64,000 nucleotides of DNA from Arenicellales bacterium (GTDB taxonomy: Bacteria; Pseudomonadota; Gammaproteobacteria; Arenicellales; JAJDZL01), in the NCBI GenBank assembly GCA_965200765.1, contig OZ241380.1, positions 3,066,525-3,130,524 on the forward strand, read 5' to 3'. The notes beneath the pieces were generated by a model. It was not told the origin of the DNA and made no database searches. It saw only the letters and a list, made by a program, of their open reading frames with translations. A program made the position numbers and the translations under genes. Positions within the stretch are counted from its first letter, which is position 1. Each line of letters starts with the position of its first letter. This document shows, piece by piece, positions 60,218 through 64,000 of the stretch.

Positions 60218-60699
60218 TGCTTCCTCCCGGCCACTACGGCCAACTTGACCCTACTATGAGCGTAGGACAGATGTAACAACAGCAAGATTGTACATGAAGG
60301 AGGGAATGATGGGCAAAGAAAATCAATGTTCCGCGGGGTGATGTGGTGCCCCGTGCACATCAGGCCTGAACGATTGTTGCTGATGCAAGTGCTGTCTCGT
60401 ACCAATTCAAATTCTCTGTACCATCCCGGATTCCTGTTAAGTGTCAGATGATATGATGTAGTTACCCTACAGACATGGGATTTCAAAAAGTGTTGCGGAA
60501 AGTCATGGAAAATGCGTATTTTGCACTACAAAAGAGCAATTCAGAAATGCCGCTTCAATCATTTAATCAAAGCATGCTGTCCTTGGTTGATTTTGCGCGA
60601 GTTCAAGTCTGGTCGCCAAGTTCGTCCATGACACATCAGCTGGTCGACACTTCGGATGAAGACGCGTTTCGACGATTGAAGTCCGTGTACCTGAGCCGT

Positions 60700-61854
60700 T
60701 TACGGAAATAGCCGGTATTCGACCACACGTAGCAGAACCTGAGCCAGTTGGGCACATGCATAGTACGCTTGATTGATAAACAATCGGTGACTCGGCGATT
60801 TATGAAGGCCCAAATCCTGCAACGGTCCCTTCAACACATTATTTAGTTTTTGCTTGCCGCGATGACGCAACAACAACTCTTCCGCCGACAAGTCGTCACG
60901 CGATACCAAAATCAACGAATCGTGCGGAAACATCAAAGGTTGCCCATTCTCCACCACTGTCCGAACCACAACATATGAATGCTTGCGTTGCCAGCCTGTT
61001 GGACGATGAGTTACGACCGCCGCCCGCTCTGTACGTTTCTTATCCAGATCTGTCCACGCCGATGCCGGCAACCCCTCGACCTGTTCCAGTAACGGATCTT
61101 TCCACGTTGCATGGGGCACGCTCACCGAATAGTCCCATCCTTTCTCATTGCAGTAATTGACAAAATTGCGATTGTAGTAGGGGTTGTCAGCGCGAACCCA
61201 CACCGAATCCGACGCACTCAGTAACGGCGCAACATCTTTCTCCAGCTGTTTGCGCCAGCCCTTGTCCGCATGAACACCTCCTTTGTACAGACAACCACTT
61301 ACCCACAAGTCACCAATGAAAGCACATTGCAGCCAATACTCTTTGCCGTCGTAGCTTTTACGAGCTTTCTCCAACACCTCCCCTTTCATTTCAATTCCGG
61401 TGCGGTCTACAAACACCGATACGTAGTTTTGACGCTCAATCTCACGTTTCATTGCAAACGGTGCCACCTTTGTACAAAGCTTCCGAGCCAATTGTTGAAA
61501 ACCCTTCACCTCGGTTGTCCCTAAATGCTTCAGATAGTCGCTCATGCGCAGTGATGGTGCTGCTTCCCGCTCCAGAACTAAATAGCCCGCCACATTCATG
61601 TACAGACCGTCCGAGTCTATTAAAGTACCGTTGCCTGTAGCCAGAGATGCGATCAACCTCCACAGCAACAGGGTTTCCTCCTCACCGCGCCGCCGGCGTT
61701 GTTTGAACCAAATCTCCCAGGCCAAGCTGACCAGCATGTCCAGATCCGATGCAGGAATATCTGAAAAAAGGCTTTTCGCACGCTCGGTTAGAATCGTGTC
61801 AATCACATCAAATTCGATATTTGGCGGATTCGAGGAAAAATTCTTGTTGCTCAT
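60700..61854 (-). mobile_element. IS1380-family DDE transposase, degenerate
   Basis: VFVDRTGIE, WVRADNPYY, HRGKQKLNN (catalytic Glu region eroded) and NQAYYACAQLAQ; early stop. Confidence 0.7.
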
Positions 61855-62038
61855 GGAGTCACTGGCGGGGCGAATGTTTGTTCATGCAGCCATTTTAGCA
61901 AAGATCCCGGTAGGTCGCAACTCACGTCTTCTATGTGGTTCTTTAACGGGAAGGGGCTCTAGGTAATCAAGTAAAGCAAATTTGTGCTACGAAAAATGTC
62001 AAGATCAAATTGAATGCTTTATGATTCGAAAGCGTCAT

Positions 62039-63004
62039 TCAAGTTTTTGTCAATTTATTTCCAACATACACGATATATATTATTTTGTTTTTAACATTTG
62101 ACCATTCAAAATGCATTCGCAGGGTAAGGTGTTGCTCTTTTCCATGCCATGGACAAAACAGTTTCTCGCCTGCTTTAACGGGATGTGGAAATGTTAATTC
62201 TTTCCTAAATTTATTCTTCTCCGTATTGGATGAATCTGAAAATAACGCCCTTTTCGTAAAATAATTTTGATAAATTTCATTACCTCTTGCAGTACGATTG
62301 CCGTTTGAATCAAAGCAAGTTGCAAATTCATTCAAAATTTCAAACATTTCCTGTATTCGTTCTGCTGAACTTGATTTGAATGGCACTCCGAACAAACCTT
62401 TGAAACAATTTTCACTGAAAATCAAATTTTTGAATTGTTCTTTTGAATACTGAGATAGTTCATGCCAATTTTTAGGTGGGGAGATCATCGTTCGAAGTTT
62501 TTCTTCCAATTCACTTTGTGTTCGCCAGTTATCCAAGCATACTTTTTTTTCAGTTGCATTAGTGCGAATCCAATTGACTACAACTGGTGAAAAATCCCAA
62601 TTAGATGGTGTAATACTGACAAGACTAGAATCTTTACCGAGAAACCTTTGAAAAGCAGCTTCACCAATTCCTGAACCCGTGACCACCTTGTCGTTGAATT
62701 TAAATATTTCGTCTAAAGAATGATCCCAATCTTCGTTCCAGAATGGTTTATTGCGTGACAGTAATGAAAACGCCAATTTGCTTTCATTATTTGAACATCT
62801 ATTTAGAACTTGAATAAAGTTAGAATTTCTTATCGGTTCAATTTCTAACATTTTTTGTTTTTTGAAATAAACTGTTCTATGATAGGTTTTTGCAGTAAAA
62901 ACAATTTCTAATAAAATCTGTAGTGCCCTTCGAAACTCTTCATCTGAGTGAAACTGGCTGTGTATTGAAAGATCGTTGAAAAATATATCCACAATTAGCT
63001 CCAC
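62039..63004 (-). CDS. hypothetical protein, possible C-terminal RelE-like RNase fold
   Basis: Overlaps the ATPase stop; C-terminal FSDSSNTE...LTF...CPWHGK...RMHFEW...IYIVYVG. Confidence 0.65.
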   Translation of the reverse strand: MELIVDIFFNDLSIHSQFHSDEEFRRALQILLEIVFTAKTYHRTVYFKKQKMLEIEPIRNSNFIQVLNRCSNNESKLAFSLLSRNKPFWNEDWDHSLDEIFKFNDKVVTGSGIGEAAFQRFLGKDSSLVSITPSNWDFSPVVVNWIRTNATEKKVCLDNWRTQSELEEKLRTMISPPKNWHELSQYSKEQFKNLIFSENCFKGLFGVPFKSSSAERIQEMFEILNEFATCFDSNGNRTARGNEIYQNYFTKRALFSDSSNTEKNKFRKELTFPHPVKAGEKLFCPWHGKEQHLTLRMHFEWSNVKNKIIYIVYVGNKLTKT

Positions 63005-64000
63005 CCGGCGATGTAGGTCAGGTCTTTTTCAAGCTGATCGAAAAAATTGTTAGGCCATGCATCAAGATTTCCTTCTTTGTCCATTGCGATGATTTGAACT
63101 TGCGGAAAGTTTACTTCTTCCTCAATTGCTCGTTGTTGAAAAAAGACCAATGATACGTCGTTTGAGTCTATAATTTTGTTTCTAACACCTCTTCTGATTC
63201 CGTTCAATACATGGTCACTGTGTGTTTCTACAATAACTTGGACTCCAGCAGAAGCTACTTCCGTTAAAAATTCACCAACCATCGACTGACCGGCTGGATG
63301 CAGATGTATTTCAGGATTTTCAATTATCAATATGTCATCCTTTTCAGCTGATAATGATGCGACTACAATTGGCAGTAACTGAGTTATACCGAATCCTGTA
63401 TTCACAGGACGATGAAAATCTAGTTTTGATGATGTTCGAATTCTCAGATTTAGCATGTTGGTATAGTCTATAGGCTTATTTACCAAGTCGAAACCTGGGA
63501 AAAAGCGGTTCATATGACCTATTACTTGGGTAGTAAGTGTATGTGAAATGTCTTTTTTGTGAATTAGCTTATCTTCAACAATCTTATATTGATTTGAATA
63601 TAACACATTTGCAGTATTTTCGCCATTAGGCCCAATCACAAAATCATCCGACAGAATATCGTTATACGGATAAGTTTCGCGAGGCCCCAGTCTCTCAGCG
63701 GTTAAATATGTAAGTTTACTCAGTCGTTTTAAAAGTAGATAAATTGAATCTTTATGGTTATCATCTTTTAAAGTCGTAGTGGGCATTAATTGGAAAAGTT
63801 TACTAGGGTAAAATGGTGGGATATCATCAATGATTATATTGCCTCTGTATTCACAAATGATTCGCTCCATATCAATAGACATGAAATTTCGTTCTCCTTC
63901 GAATCTCCATGAAATATATAATTCCGAATCATCCAATATAGAAATAGAAAAAGAACTACGTCCACCAACCAAATCTATTACATCTCCGACTGTACCGAGT
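62995..64000 (-). CDS. ABC-type ATPase with DUF3696, 5' end outside the window
   Basis: YLTAERLGPR, NTGFGITQLLPIVV, IENPEIHLHPAGQS, ETHSDHVLNGIR and WPNNFFDQ; frame open to the window edge. Confidence 0.85.
   Translation of the reverse strand, partial: LGTVGDVIDLVGGRSSFSISILDDSELYISWRFEGERNFMSIDMERIICEYRGNIIIDDIPPFYPSKLFQLMPTTTLKDDNHKDSIYLLLKRLSKLTYLTAERLGPRETYPYNDILSDDFVIGPNGENTANVLYSNQYKIVEDKLIHKKDISHTLTTQVIGHMNRFFPGFDLVNKPIDYTNMLNLRIRTSSKLDFHRPVNTGFGITQLLPIVVASLSAEKDDILIIENPEIHLHPAGQSMVGEFLTEVASAGVQVIVETHSDHVLNGIRRGVRNKIIDSNDVSLVFFQQRAIEEEVNFPQVQIIAMDKEGNLDAWPNNFFDQLEKDLTYIAGWS

Overview
Bacterial window, probably proteobacterial, with two parts. Bases 1-9074 are housekeeping: a 3'-truncated cysteine synthase, a PimC/PimD-like acyl-CoA dehydrogenase pair, a PLP aminotransferase, a BenE-family transporter, zur-znuB-znuC/znuA with a Zur box, and tRNA-Met(CAT). 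Bases ~9.7-64 kb form a ~54 kb accessory tract interrupted only by xthA. It is dense in defence-type genes, eukaryote-like repeat proteins and decayed IS relics (IS1595, IS21, IS3, IS5, IS1380, IS630). Main candidates for novelty: (1) a DUF1998 (DruE-like) helicase coupled to a 992-aa protein with three ~198-aa tandem repeats and a C-terminal domain resembling archaeal/eukaryotic ribosomal protein eL13; (2) a patatin + CD-NTase CBASS whose cyclase is fused to a ubiquitin-E2-like domain; (3) a triplicated module [IS1595 end - secreted Sel1-repeat gene - decayed vapBC] whose proteins have 9, 13 and 17 repeats; (4) a TbpB-like surface lipoprotein with an in-frame G12 tract just after the lipobox; (5) an adenine MTase + OLD-like ATPase/TOPRIM pair, a TIR-STAND protein and a YaaA-like::ABC-ATPase fusion. 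Family assignments come from motif recognition by eye, with no database search. The Sel1 expansion, TbpB-like lipoprotein and IS decay suggest a host-associated lifestyle such as a sponge symbiont, but that is inference only.
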